The notes: a model not told the origin generated them from the sequence alone. DNA of 64,000 nucleotides from an uncultured Actinomycetota bacterium (GCA_963819215.1 CAWFVK010000009.1:209267-273266); one strand, 5' to 3'. Counted from the stretch's first letter, positions 18,397-28,620 are shown. Program-made: numbers and translations.

Positions 18397-19363
18397 ATGG
18401 AACGCGAGCTGGTCCGGCCGATGCTCGCCGTGCCTGGTGTCCTGCCGCCGCCCACCGAGGAGGACGCCTGGTCCTTCGAGATGAAGTGGGACGGCGTCCG
18501 GGTGGTGCTGTACGTCGAGGACGGTGAGCCGGCGGCGTACACGCGCAACGACAGGGACGTCATCGCGAGCTACCCGGAGCTCAGGGCGTTCGCGGCGGCG
18601 CAGACTGACCACCAGCTCGTGCTCGACGGCGAGATGGTGGCGCTGGACGTCGCCGGGCGGCCCGACTTCGGCCTTCTGCAGCAACGGATGCATCTCACCA
18701 AGCCCGTGCAGGTCGAGGCAGCGCGTGCCGCCGTCCCGGCGATCTACCTCGTGTTCGACCTGCTGAGGCTGGACGGCACCTCGTTGCTGGCCGCAGACCT
18801 ACGACGACCGGCGTGGGCTGCTGGAGGAGCTCGCGCTGGCCGGTGAGTCCTGGGCGGTCCCCCCGGCGTTCGCAGGCAACGGCGCGGCCGCTTTCGCCGC
18901 TTCGAAGGAGCGCGGTCTCGAGGGCGTCGTGGCCAAGCGACGGCAGAGCAGGTACGAGCCTGGTCGGCGCTCGTCCTCGTGGGTGAAGGTCAAGAACATC
19001 CGGACGCAAGAGGTGGTGGTCGGGGGCTACACGTTGGGGCAGGGGAACAGGGCGGGCACCGTCGGCGCCTTGCTGCTCGGGATCCCTGGCCTCGACGGCC
19101 TGGACTACGTGGGTCACGTGGGCACCGGCTTCACCGGCGAGGTGCTGGCCGACCTGCTCGGGCGACTGGCTGCGAGCGAGCGTGCGACGTCGCCGTTCGC
19201 CGCGCCGTTGCCCCGCGCGGACGCCAAGGACGCGCGCTGGGTCGAGCCCGTGCTCGTCGGCGAGGTCGCGTTCAGCGAGTTCACCGCGACGGGGCGGCTG
19301 CGGCATCCGACCTGGCGCGGGCTGCGCGAGGACAAGGCGCCGGGCGACGTGGTGCGGGAGTGA
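18397..19363 (+). pseudogene. ATP-dependent DNA ligase (LigC/LigD ligase-domain type) with one frameshift near 18795
   Basis: Contains MERELVRPMLAV..WSFEMKWDGVRVVLYVEDGE..LVLDGEMVAL..RPDFGLLQQR (the KxDG adenylation motif). After the shift it reads YDDRRGLLEEL..GLEGVVAKRRQSRYEPGRRSSSWVKVKN..GRLRHPTWRGLREDK*. Confidence 0.85.
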
Positions 19364-19367
19364 GTCG

Positions 19368-20429
19368 ATGACCAGCGGGTCGACGAACGATGCCGGGCGC
19401 AGCGATGACGAGCGCCGGCAACGCGCGCTCGACGCGTTGGACGCGATCGCCTTCCTGCTCGAGCGCGAGCTGGCGGCCTCGCACCGGGTCGAAGCCTTCC
19501 GGCACGCCGAGGACGTCGTCGAGTCCATGACGGCGACCGAGCTCCGACGCCGGCTGGACGAGGGCACCCTCACCGAGATCGCCGGGATCGGGCCGCAAGA
19601 CGTCGACAGTCATCGCGGAGGCAGCCCAGGGCCGAACCCCTGCCTATCTCGCCGAGCTGCAGCCCACGACGTCCCCGAGCCTGGACCGGGCGCCGAGCTC
19701 CTCGCGCTGCAGAGGGGCGACGCGCACAGCCACACGGACGAGTCGGACGGCGGCAGCCCGCTGCGCCGGATGGGGATGACGGCGCGGGCGCTCGGGCGCG
19801 AGTGGCAGGTGATCACCGACCACTCGCCCACGCTCACGGTGGCGAACGGGCTGGACGCCGCCCGGCTGCGGGCGCAGGGCCGTGCGATCGACGCCTTCAA
19901 CGCGCAAGATCCGGGCGTCCGGCTGCTCAAGGGCATCGAGTGCGACATCCTGCTCGACGGCGCCCTCGACCAGGAGCAGGACCTCCTGCGTTCGCTCGAC
20001 CTGGTCGTGGTGTCCGTGCACAGCAAGCTGCGGATGCCGGGGCCGGAGATGACCGAGCGCATGGTGGCGGCGATCGCCAACCCGGCGACCGACGTGCTCG
20101 GCCACTGCACGGGGCGCCGCATCGTGGGCCGTCCGCGCCCGCCGTCCGACTTCGACGCCGAGATCGTCTTCGCGGCCTGCCAGCTGTTCGAGGTCGCGGT
20201 GGAGATCAACTGCCGGCCTGACCGCCTGGACCCACCGATGGAGCTGCTCAGGCAGGCCGCCGAGCAGGACTGCCTGTTCTCCATCGACACCGATGCGCAC
20301 GCCCCCGGTCAGCTGGACTGGCAGGCGGCGGGGTGCGAGCGGGCCGCCTCGGCGGGGATCGAGGCGGATCGCATCGTCACGACGTGGCCGGTCGAGCGCC
20401 TGCTCGAATGGACGGCTCGGCGCCGGTAG
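19368..20429 (+). pseudogene. PolX-like HhH plus PHP phosphoesterase domain protein with two frame changes (about 19595 and 19665)
   Basis: The N-terminus ..LTEIAGIGP continues in another frame as KTSTVIAEAAQGRTPAYLAELQP. It then returns to ..LQRGDAHSHTDESDGGSPL..VITDHSP..VVSVHSKLRM..LGHCTGRRI..FSIDTDAHAP (PHP His/Asp motifs). No polymerase palm domain is seen. Confidence 0.7.
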
Positions 20430-20463
20430 CGCACGTGCCGCCGACACTAGGCTGGCGCGCGAG

Positions 20464-20931
20464 ATGACTGCCGACGACCCGGCCTTCGGCCACCTGCCGA
20501 TCGACCCCGACCTCGGTCCGGCCGCCGCGCGCTGGCAGCTCGCCCTGGTCGTCGCCGTCGGCGGAGCGCTCGGTGGCGCGGCGCGCTACGGCATCAACCA
20601 GCTCTGGCCCGACCCGCCTGGCTTCCCGTGGTCGACCTTCGTCGAGAACGTGAGCGGCAGCCTGCTGCTCGGCGTGCTGCTCGTGCTGGTCGTCGAGGTC
20701 AGCACACCGCATGCGTTCGTCCGCCCGTTCCTCGGTACGGGGGTCCTCGGCGGCTACACGACGTTCTCCGCGTACACCTCGGACGTCCGGCGGCTGCTTG
20801 CGGACAGCCAGGCGGCCACCGCCTTGGTCTACCTCGTGGCGTCCTTGGTGCTCGGACTGCTGGCGTGCTGGCTCGGGATCGTGCTCACGCGTCGGCTGGC
20901 GAACGGGCGAGCGCACGGGTGGACGCCATGA
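20464..20931 (+). CDS. crcB: Fluoride channel CrcB/FluC, subunit 1
   Basis: Contains LALVVAVGGALGGAARYGIN..STFVENVSGSLLLGVLL..GTGVLGGYTTFSAY. There is an ATGA overlap with the second crcB. Confidence 0.85.
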   Translation: MTADDPAFGHLPIDPDLGPAAARWQLALVVAVGGALGGAARYGINQLWPDPPGFPWSTFVENVSGSLLLGVLLVLVVEVSTPHAFVRPFLGTGVLGGYTTFSAYTSDVRRLLADSQAATALVYLVASLVLGLLACWLGIVLTRRLANGRAHGWTP

Positions 20932-21293
20932 CGACGCTGCTCGTGATGCTGGGCGCGGCCCTCGGAGCGGCCGCGCGGTACCTCGTCGACGGCGCGGTGC
21001 AGTCCCGGCACCAGCGCGGCTTCCCGTTCGGCACCCTGCTGATCAACGTGAGCGGCTCCCTGCTGCTCGGGCTGCTGCTGGGTGCGGCGGCTCGCGGGCA
21101 CACCTCAGCGCACCTGCTGGCCTTCGCGGCGACCGGGGTGTGCGGCGGCTTCACCACGTTCAGCACCTTCAGCTACGAGACCGTGCTGCTGGGCGAGGAC
21201 GGCCGAAGCCGCGCCGCCGTGCTGAACGTCGTGGCCAGCGTCGGGCTGGGGCTTCTCGCGGCCGCCCTCGGCTACTGGGCGACGAGCCGCTGA
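20928..21293 (+). CDS. crcB: Fluoride channel CrcB/FluC, subunit 2
   Basis: MTTLLVMLGAALGAAARYLVDG..FPFGTLLINVSGSLLLGLLLG..TGVCGGFTTFSTFSYE. Confidence 0.88.
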   Translation: MTTLLVMLGAALGAAARYLVDGAVQSRHQRGFPFGTLLINVSGSLLLGLLLGAAARGHTSAHLLAFAATGVCGGFTTFSTFSYETVLLGEDGRSRAAVLNVVASVGLGLLAAALGYWATSR

Positions 21294-21316
21294 GCCAGCC
21301 GTCACGGTTGCCAGGG

Positions 21317-21944
21317 CTACCGGGCGAAGCGGACCACCCGCAGGGGCGTGACCGCCACGTCCACCCTGCGGTCGTGGCTCTCGGTCGGCACGGTCGCGAG
21401 CAGCTCGTCGTCGAAGACCAGCCCGACGACGAGGGCTCCGGCCGGCACCCGGCCGAGCGCGCGGTCGTAGGAGCCGCCGCCCTGGCCGAGCCGTGATCCG
21501 TCGGCGTCGATCGCGCTGCTCGGCACCACCACGACCGCCGCCTCGGCCACCGCCTGCGTGCCGAGCCGGGCGCCGGTGGGCTCCATGAGCGGGGTGGCGC
21601 CGGGTGCGACGGCGGAGGGTCGCAACGCGTCCAGCGTGGTCGAGCTCGGCCCAGTCCAGGTCGAGGTCGGGCTGGAGCACCGGGAGCAGCACCCGTGTCC
21701 CGCGCCCGACGAGGGCTGCGAGCAGCGCCTGCGTGCCGGGCTCGGTCGCACCCGAGACGTAGAGGGCGATCGTGGCCGCCGCCGAGGTCTCCGGCAACGC
21801 CAGCACCCGCCGGGCGAACGCGTCGGCTGCCCGCCGGCGCTCGTCCTGCGGCCGCGCGCGCCGAGCAGCGCGAATCGCCGAACGCAGGGCGGCCTTGCCC
21901 TGGGCCGCATCGCCCGTCGGTACCGCGGTGGGTTGCTCCGCCAC
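21317..21944 (-). pseudogene. 5-formyltetrahydrofolate cyclo-ligase with a frameshift near 21650
   Basis: GTG 21944 follows AGGAGG and gives VAEQPT..GKAALRSAIRAARRA..IALYVSGATEPGTQALLAALVGRGTRVLLPV. The C-terminal half, PLMEPTGARLG..VVVVPSSAIDADGSRLGQGGGSYDRAL, is in ORF 21317-22033. Confidence 0.8.
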
Positions 21945-22049
21945 CTGCCACCTCCTGACCTCGACGGGGCATCCGGTCCCGACAGCCTCCCAGCAGACCC
22001 TGCGCCTTCCCGCAGGGCTCGCGAAACCCGCACCCTCTAGGGTGCCAAC

Positions 22050-22955
22050 ATGCGCATCACGAAAGCCGTCATCCCCGCGGCCGGGCTCGGCACACGCTTC
22101 CTGCCGGCGACCAAGGCCATGCCCAAGGAGATGCTGCCGGTCGTCGACAAGCCGGCCATCCAGTACGTCGTGGAGGAAGCCGCAGCGGCCGGGCTGACCG
22201 ACGTGCTGATGGTGACCGGTCGGAGCAAGCGTGCCCTGGAGGACCACTTCGACCGCAACGGGGAGCTGGAGGAGTCGCTGGAGGAGAAGGGGGACCTCGA
22301 GCGGCTCGCCATGATCCGGTTCTCCGCCGAGCTCGCGCGGGTGCACTACGTCCGGCAGGGGCAGGCGCTCGGGCTGGGTCACGCCGTGCTCTGCGCCGAG
22401 CAGCACGTCGGGGACCAGGCGTTCGCGGTGCTCCTCGGCGATGACCTCATCGACCCGAGGGACCCGTTGCTGACCACCATGACGGCGACCCAGGAGAGCA
22501 AGGGCGGCTCGGTGGTCGCGCTCATGGAGGTCCCGCGTTCGCAGATCCACCTCTATGGCTGCGCCGCGGTCGAGGGCGTGCCTGGTGAGGACGCCATCGT
22601 GCGGATCACCGACCTCGTCGAGAAGCCGAGTGCCGAGGAGGCCCCCAGCACGTACGCCGTGATCGGCCGGTACGTGCTCGACGCCGCGGTCTTCGGCGCC
22701 ATCAAGGACACCGGTCCCGGTCGCGGTGGCGAGATCCAGCTGACCGACGCGCTTCGTACCTTGACCGGGCTCGAGGCTGCGCGCGGCGGCGGCATCCACG
22801 GCGTCGTGTTCAGCGGTCGCCGCTATGACACCGGTGACCGCCTCGACTACCTCAAAGCCGTCGTCCGGCTCGCCTGCGAGCGCGACGACCTCGGGCCCGA
22901 GTTCCGGGCGTGGCTCGGCGAGTTCACCAGCAGCCTCCAGGTCACCGCGAGATGA
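22050..22955 (+). CDS. galU: UTP--glucose-1-phosphate uridylyltransferase
   Basis: Contains KAVIPAAGLGTRFLPATKAMPKEMLPVVDKPAIQYVVEEA..VRQGQALGLGHAVLCA..VEKP. Intact at 301 aa. Confidence 0.93.
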   Translation: MRITKAVIPAAGLGTRFLPATKAMPKEMLPVVDKPAIQYVVEEAAAAGLTDVLMVTGRSKRALEDHFDRNGELEESLEEKGDLERLAMIRFSAELARVHYVRQGQALGLGHAVLCAEQHVGDQAFAVLLGDDLIDPRDPLLTTMTATQESKGGSVVALMEVPRSQIHLYGCAAVEGVPGEDAIVRITDLVEKPSAEEAPSTYAVIGRYVLDAAVFGAIKDTGPGRGGEIQLTDALRTLTGLEAARGGGIHGVVFSGRRYDTGDRLDYLKAVVRLACERDDLGPEFRAWLGEFTSSLQVTAR

Positions 22956-24176
22956 AGAGCGTCGACCAGCACCTCGCGGACTGCCTCGGGTCGATCGAGC
23001 CCCTCGGCGCGCATCGACCTGCAGCTGCTGGACGCCCACGGCTGCATCCTGGCCGAGGACGTCATCGCGCAGGCTCCGTTGCCGAGCTGGGACAACTCGT
23101 CGATGGACGGCTACGCGGTCCTGGCCGCAGACGTCGCGGGCGCGTCCGCCAGCACGCCCGTGTCGCTGCCGGTGATGGGTGACATCCCGGCCGGCCGCCC
23201 TGCCCGCGTCGGCGTCCAGCCCGGCACCACGATGCGGATCATGACGGGGGCACCGATGCCGGCCGGCGCCGATGCAGTGGTCCCGGTCGAGTGGACCGAC
23301 GGCGGGGTGGCGACCGTGCACATCGGCCAGCCGATCCCGGCCGGCGGGTTCGTGCGTCGCGCGGGCAGCGACATCCAGGCGGGATCGGTCGTGCTCGCGT
23401 CGGGAACTCGGCTCGGGCCTGCCCAGCTGGGCGTGCTGGCCGCGGTCGGTCGGGATCGCGTGGTGGTGCGCCCCAAGCCCCGCGTGGTTCTGCTGTCCAC
23501 CGGCTCCGAGCTCGTCGAGCCCGGGCTCCCGCTGCAGGCCGGTCAGATCAGTGAGTCGAACAGCTTCGCCCTCACCGCGGCGGCCAAGGAGGCCGGCGCA
23601 CTCGCCTACCGGGTCGGGATCGTCGACGACGACCCGCGCCGGCTGCTCGACGCCATCGAGGACCAGCTGATCAGGGCCGACCTCGTGGTGACCACGGGTG
23701 GGGTCAGTGCCGGCGCCTACGACGTCGTCAAGGAGGTCCTCGGCAGGCTGGGCACGGTGACCTTCGAGAAGGTCGCCATGCAGCCAGGGATGCCGCAGGG
23801 GTTCGGGGTGATCGGCCCCGACGCCACGCCGATCTTCACGCTGCCCGGGAACCCGGTCAGCGCCTACGTGTCGTTCGAGGTCTTCGTCCGTCCCGTCATC
23901 CGGCGCATGCTCGGGGTCGAGCCGCTGCTGCGTCCGACCGTGCGCGCGGTGGCCACCGAGCCGTTCACCTCGCCGGAGGGCAAGCGCCAGTTCGCCAGGG
24001 GCTGGCTGGCCGTCGAGGACGGCCGCTACGTCGTGCGGCCGGTCGGTGGCCAGGGCTCGCACCTCGTCCACAACCTGGCGCACGCCAACAGCCTCGTGGT
24101 GATCCCCGAGACGACGACCGAGGTGCCGGCTGGCGGCACGGTGACGGTGATGGTGCTGGAGCGTCGGCTCTCATGA
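22952..24176 (+). pseudogene. moeA: MoeA-type molybdopterin molybdotransferase fold protein, positionally the gephyrin-like Glp; one frameshift near 23005
   Basis: MKSVDQHLADCLGSIEPLGA is followed, in the 23079 frame, by [92 protein letters not shown]. There is an ATGA overlap with galU. Confidence 0.85.
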
Positions 24177-24656
24177 CCGACGGCTTCTCCCACCTCGACG
24201 CCGCAGGTGCCGCGCGGATGGTCGACGTGTCGGAGAAGGAGATCACGGTGCGCAGCGCCACCGCGTCCGGCCGGGTCGTCGTCTCGGCCGAGGTCGTGCG
24301 CCTGCTCACCGAGGGCGGCCTGCCGAAGGGCGACGCGCTCGCGGTGGCCAGGATCGCAGGGATCCAGGCAGCGAAACGCACCCCGGACCTCGTGCCGCTG
24401 TGCCACCCCATCGCGATCCATGCGGTCGCGGTCGACCTCGTCGTCGGCAGCACCGACGTGCGTGATCACCGCGACGGTGCGCACCGCCGACCGCACCGGC
24501 GTCGAGATGGAGGCGCTCACCTGCGTCGCCGTGGCGGGGCTCGCCCTGGTGGACATGGTCAAGGGTGTCGACCCGGCCGCGGTCATCACCGACGTGCGGG
24601 TCGAGGAGAAGCTGGGCGGGAAGACCGGTCGCTGGACGAGAGCCACCTCGGCATGA
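24173..24656 (+). pseudogene. moaC: Cyclic pyranopterin monophosphate synthase MoaC with one frameshift near 24465
   Basis: [62 protein letters not shown] is followed, in frame 24207-24656, by [33 protein letters not shown]. Confidence 0.88.
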
Positions 24657-25243
24657 GCAGCCCATGGCCCGTCGAGCTCGTCGAGGGATCGGTGCGGCTG
24701 CGGCCGATCCGGACCCGTGACCGGATCGAGTGGCGCTCGGTCAGGGACCGCAACGCCGCGTGGCTGCGTCCCTGGGAGGCGACGTCGCCCTCGGGGCCGG
24801 CCGACCAGCCGTCCACCTTCGGGCAGATGGTGCGAGCTCTGACCTCGGAGGCCAGGGCGGGTCGGGTGATGCCCTTCGTCATCGGCTACGAAGGCCGGCT
24901 GGTCGGGCAGCTGACTGTCGGCGGCATCGTGTGGGGCTCGTTGCGCGGGGCCCACATCGGTTACTGGGTGGACCAGCAGGTCGCCGGCCGGGGGATCACG
25001 CCGACCGCTGTCGCGATGGCGACCGACCACGTGTTCTCCCTCGGGCTCCACCGGGTCGAGGTGAACATCCGACCGGAGAACGCGGCGTCGCTGCGCGTGG
25101 TGGAGAAGCTCGGCTTCCGACTCGAGGGACTGCGCCCGAGGTTCTTGCACATCAACGGGGACTGGCGCGACCACCTCAGCTTCGTCCTCACTCCGGAAGA
25201 GGTTCCGGAGGGGCTGCTCAACCGCTGGCGGGGCACCCGCTGA
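24653..25243 (+). CDS. GNAT family N-acetyltransferase (RimJ/RimL-like)
   Basis: Contains [79 protein letters not shown]. There is an ATGA overlap with moaC. Confidence 0.8.
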   Translation: MSSPWPVELVEGSVRLRPIRTRDRIEWRSVRDRNAAWLRPWEATSPSGPADQPSTFGQMVRALTSEARAGRVMPFVIGYEGRLVGQLTVGGIVWGSLRGAHIGYWVDQQVAGRGITPTAVAMATDHVFSLGLHRVEVNIRPENAASLRVVEKLGFRLEGLRPRFLHINGDWRDHLSFVLTPEEVPEGLLNRWRGTR

Positions 25244-25345
25244 TAGCACGTCCAGCGTTAGCCCGGCAGGACCTTTGCAGTGAATCCTGCGACACACCGC
25301 GCACAATGCGTGGCCGAGAGGCCGCCGACACCTAACGTTCCGAAC

Positions 25346-26224
25346 GTGAGTAGCCCCGGTGGTCTGATCTACGTAGTCATCGCTGCGCTCTGGGCCATCG
25401 TCCTGCTCCCCATCTGGCTACGACGGCACGACGAGGTCGCCGAGTCGCGGTCGGTGGACCGGTTCCAGGGAGCCATGCGCACGCTCTCGCGCCGCAACCC
25501 TTCCGCCGCACCCCGGGAGGTCTTCGTGCCTCACCGTGAGCCGTCGTCGCGCACCCCCGACCATGCCGACCAGCCGCTGTCGCCCAGCGCGGTGGCCGCT
25601 CGCCGTCGCCGGAACGTCGGTCTCGTCCTGCTGGGCCTCACCCTGATGGTCGTGGTCCTCGGCGTGGCGAACGTGCTGCCGCTGTACGTCGCCGCGATCC
25701 CGCTGCTGCTCCTGCTGCTCTTCGTCGCGCAGGCCCGCGGATCCGCTCGGCGTCAGCGCGAGCAGGACCTCGCGGCCCGTCGCGAGCGCGCTGCCGCCGT
25801 CCGCCGCGAACGTCGTGAGCAGGCCGCCGCGACCTTGGCCGGCCCGATGGCGAGCCCCGCTCGTCCCGCTGCCGCGCCCGTGACGCTGGAGTCAGGCACC
25901 CGCGAGTCGGTCGCGGTCCGGCCGGCATTCGTCGCTCCCGAGGCCGCCACCGCCGAAGAGCTCTTCGACGCGCAGGCCGGCGAGGCGTGGCAGCCGGTGC
26001 CGGTGCCGCTGCCGACCTACGTCTCCGCTCCGAAGGCCCCGCGGTCGGTGCGCGTCATCGACCTCACCCAGCCCGGTTCCTGGACCTCAGGGCGCACCGA
26101 GCACACCGAACCCGAGCTCTCCGAGCTGCAGGCCGCGGCCCAGCAGGCCGCTGCGGCGGTCGAGCGCGACCCGATCGTCACCGGTGAGGTGCTGGTCGAG
26201 CGCCGCCGGGCTGTCGGGGACTGA
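25346..26224 (+). CDS. glpR: Divisome membrane protein SepX/GlpR-like
   Basis: GTG 25346 gives SSPGGLIYVVIAALWAIVLLPIWLRRHDE..SVDRF, followed by a second TM, a long Arg/Ala-rich linker and the conserved tail WQPVPVPLPTYVSAPKAPRSVRVIDL. It sits downstream of the moeA-like gene, as in the described glp-glpR loci. Confidence 0.7.
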   Translation: MSSPGGLIYVVIAALWAIVLLPIWLRRHDEVAESRSVDRFQGAMRTLSRRNPSAAPREVFVPHREPSSRTPDHADQPLSPSAVAARRRRNVGLVLLGLTLMVVVLGVANVLPLYVAAIPLLLLLLFVAQARGSARRQREQDLAARRERAAAVRRERREQAAATLAGPMASPARPAAAPVTLESGTRESVAVRPAFVAPEAATAEELFDAQAGEAWQPVPVPLPTYVSAPKAPRSVRVIDLTQPGSWTSGRTEHTEPELSELQAAAQQAAAAVERDPIVTGEVLVERRRAVGD

Positions 26225-26279
26225 CCCGAGGCGAGCGGTCGAGCGCACCTGACGTCCTTGCTATCCTTCTCACGGTTCC

Positions 26280-26353
26280 GGGGCTGTGGCGCAGTCCGGT
26301 AGCGCACCTCGTTCGCATCGAGGGGGTCCAGGGTTCAAATCCCTGCAGCTCCA
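26280..26353 (+). tRNA. tRNA-Ala (anticodon CGC)
   Basis: GGGGCTG-TG-GCGC-AGTCCGGTA-GCGC-A-CCTCG-TTCGCAT-CGAGG-GGGTC-CAGGG-TTCAAAT-CCCTG-CAGCTCC-A. The G3:U70 alanine identity pair is present. Confidence 0.92.
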
Positions 26354-26378
26354 CCCGGTTCAGCAGCACGGCTCCGAT

Positions 26379-26413
26379 GAGGCCCCTCCCACCGAGGGGC
26401 CTCTTCGTCGTTT
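26379..26413 (+). terminator. Intrinsic terminator after tRNA-Ala
   Basis: A perfect 10-bp stem, gaggcccctc / gaggggcctc, with loop ccacc, followed by ttcgtcgttt. Confidence 0.7.
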
Positions 26414-26515
26414 CGCTCGCCGCAGCCCCGGCCCCGGCCGCGACGGGCCAGGTCGAGCCACCCCCGCTGGTGCAGGGAAGCAGCCAACCGAGCGCCCAGC
26501 GTTAGCACCCCAGAA

Positions 26516-26556
26516 GACTCGAGCCCCGACCAGATCTCCTGGTCAGGGCTCGAGCC
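26516..26556 (-). terminator. Hairpin downstream of the S53 peptidase gene
   Basis: gactcgagccccgaccag, loop atctc, ctggtcagggctcgagcc. The arms complement at 16 of 18 positions, and on the minus strand the hairpin is followed by tcttct. Confidence 0.5.
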
Positions 26557-26612
26557 ATCTTCAGAGTGCGACCTGGATGGCCGTGAAGCTGATCAGCCAC
26601 CCAGGGTCACGA

Positions 26613-28511
26613 TCAGCCAGCCGGCGGGATGGCCGTGATCCAGGACGGGCCACCGGTCCCCAGACCGGTCACGTCGTCCCAGCCCTTCGTGACGGTCAGG
26701 CTGGAGTCCTGACCGAAGGTCCGGACCGAGTAGAGCAGCCCGGCCGTGGCGTCGATGCCGTTGGCGAAGTCCACCCGGACGTCCCCAGCCTGCTTCGGTG
26801 TCCCCTTCACATCGGTGAACGCCGTCGGGTTCGCGTAGATCGTCGGGTTGAGCAGCCCGACTGCGCTCCCGGCGTTCTCCAGGGTGAGAGCGGTCAGACC
26901 GGCGAACAACGGTGACGCGAGGCTGGTGCCACCGATCCGGTACTGGTCGTAGTACTTGCCGTCCGGGAAGGTCTGGGTGAGACCGATGAGCATCCCGGTG
27001 TTCGGGTCGGCATCCATGGAGACGTCAGGAACGCCGCGGTACGGGCTCTTGCTGGTCCCGGCCTGGTAGGCGGGCTTGTTGAACAGCGAGGAGTACCCGC
27101 CGCCGGCTCCGTAGAGGAAGCCCACCGGAGACCACGAGGTGCCGTCAGCGGAGAGCGAGTACTTCTGGGTTCCCCAGCCGGCCTGGAACGCGATGGCGCC
27201 GTTCCCGTTGATCGCGGTTGACGTGCCACCCACGGCGGTGACGTAGGGGTCGGAGGTCGGGAAGTCGACCTGCTTGATCCCGGTGTTGGCGAGCTCGTCG
27301 CCGTTGTCACCGGAGGAGAACATGAAGCTGATGCCCTCCACGGCGCCCTGCAGGAACACGGCCTCGTAGGCGGCGATGCTGTCCTGCGTCTCGCCCTCGG
27401 CCGGCTCGCCCCAGGAGTTGGTCACGAGCTGCGCGGTGTCGTCGATGACGACCTGGGCCAGCGCGTCGAGCAGGTCGTTGTCCTCGCAGCTCGCAGCGCC
27501 GTAGTAGTGGATGTTCGCGCCAGGTGCCATCGCGTGCACGGCCTCGACGTCGAGGCTCTGCTCGCTCGACCAGCCCGACGGTCCGCAGTCGGCCGCGTGC
27601 GTGAACGGCTTGGCGATCGTCTGGGTGAACTGACCAGGCGCGTAGGAGCCGTCACCGTTGAGCTCGGCGTACTTGTTGGTGTCCTTCGCCAGCGTGTTCG
27701 ACGCGTAGGCGTCGGTGATGGCCACCGTGACGCCGGAGCCGTCGAGGGTCGTCCCGCCCTCGTAGGCGGAGCGCAGCTGCGGCCCGGTGTACCCGCACGG
27801 GGCGTACGACAGGGTCGAGCCGTCGAACTTCGGCAGCGGTGTGCTGAAGTCAGCCTTGTACTTCGCCTGGATCTGGCCGAAGTAGATCGAGCAAGGGCGG
27901 GCGTTGCGGAACCCTGCGGGCGGGACCACGGCCGGCTTCGCGATCACCGGGGTCGTGTCCAGGCCGGTCACCGTCAGCACGGTCGAGGCCAGCGAGCTGG
28001 GGATCTTCAGGGCGCTCGTCGGCGCCTGCACGGTCTTCCCGCCGTGGTTGAAGCGAGCGATGGTGGTGCCGAAGGTCTTCTCGGCGGCGCTCACCGAACC
28101 GCTGAAGGCGACGTAGCTGTTGGCCGCGCCGACCGACGTGACATGCAGACCGCCCGAGCTGAGCATGCTCTCGACCGCGCGCACGCTGGCGGCCGTGGGC
28201 TGGTACCGCGCCGCGTACTGGGACGCAGACAGGAACTGCCGGTAGGTCGCGCTGCCAGGGGTGGCGAGCGCCGTCGCGACGTCGGCCAGGTTGGCGAGGC
28301 CGCCACGCGGGGCGAGGTAGACGCGACCGCTGGCCGAGGTGCTCGCGCTTGCGTGGCCCAGGCTCTGGGCGTGAGCCGTCCAGCTGGGCTGAGAGTTCGG
28401 GATGGCCCACGACCTGTCGGGCGCGGCGTTAGCCACACCACCTCCGGCCGTCAGTACGGTCGCGGCGGCTGTAGCCACCGCGACGCTCAGGGCAAGAACG
28501 GTTCTGCGCAT
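26613..28511 (-). CDS. Secreted S53 (sedolisin/kumamolisin-like) serine peptidase with a pro-domain
   Basis: Signal MRRTVLALSVAVATAAATVLTAGGGVANA. The pro-kumamolisin-like N-terminus reads ..YRQFLSASQYAARYQPTAASV... The catalytic part carries SWGEP..FMFSSGDNG..VTAVGGTS..GGTSLASPLFAGL. Intact at 632 aa. Confidence 0.85.
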   Translation of the reverse strand: MRRTVLALSVAVATAAATVLTAGGGVANAAPDRSWAIPNSQPSWTAHAQSLGHASASTSASGRVYLAPRGGLANLADVATALATPGSATYRQFLSASQYAARYQPTAASVRAVESMLSSGGLHVTSVGAANSYVAFSGSVSAAEKTFGTTIARFNHGGKTVQAPTSALKIPSSLASTVLTVTGLDTTPVIAKPAVVPPAGFRNARPCSIYFGQIQAKYKADFSTPLPKFDGSTLSYAPCGYTGPQLRSAYEGGTTLDGSGVTVAITDAYASNTLAKDTNKYAELNGDGSYAPGQFTQTIAKPFTHAADCGPSGWSSEQSLDVEAVHAMAPGANIHYYGAASCEDNDLLDALAQVVIDDTAQLVTNSWGEPAEGETQDSIAAYEAVFLQGAVEGISFMFSSGDNGDELANTGIKQVDFPTSDPYVTAVGGTSTAINGNGAIAFQAGWGTQKYSLSADGTSWSPVGFLYGAGGGYSSLFNKPAYQAGTSKSPYRGVPDVSMDADPNTGMLIGLTQTFPDGKYYDQYRIGGTSLASPLFAGLTALTLENAGSAVGLLNPTIYANPTAFTDVKGTPKQAGDVRVDFANGIDATAGLLYSVRTFGQDSSLTVTKGWDDVTGLGTGGPSWITAIPPAG

Positions 28512-28620
28512 GGAGCAACACCTCGCTGTTCGGATGTCGTCGCGACTAGCACCGGTAGGAGCGGTCGCCTGCGGGGACCTGCCTACTCCCGGCGTGCCGC
28601 ATGCGCAACCGCATCGACGG

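Noticed and set aside
20430-20463. A fluoride riboswitch upstream of the crcB pair
   Set aside because: Only about 34 nt separate the PHP-gene stop from the crcB start. That is too short for the crcB RNA motif, and none of its conserved core is visible.
21105-24083. A 992-aa ORF on the minus strand spanning the galU/moeA region
   Set aside because: Its translation is Arg/Gly/Pro/Asp-rich low-complexity sequence with no recognisable domain. It is antisense to clear galU and moeA coding sequence. Long antisense ORFs are expected in DNA above 70% GC because stop codons are rare. Only its short segment at 21650-21944 is real (the N-terminal part of 5-FCL).
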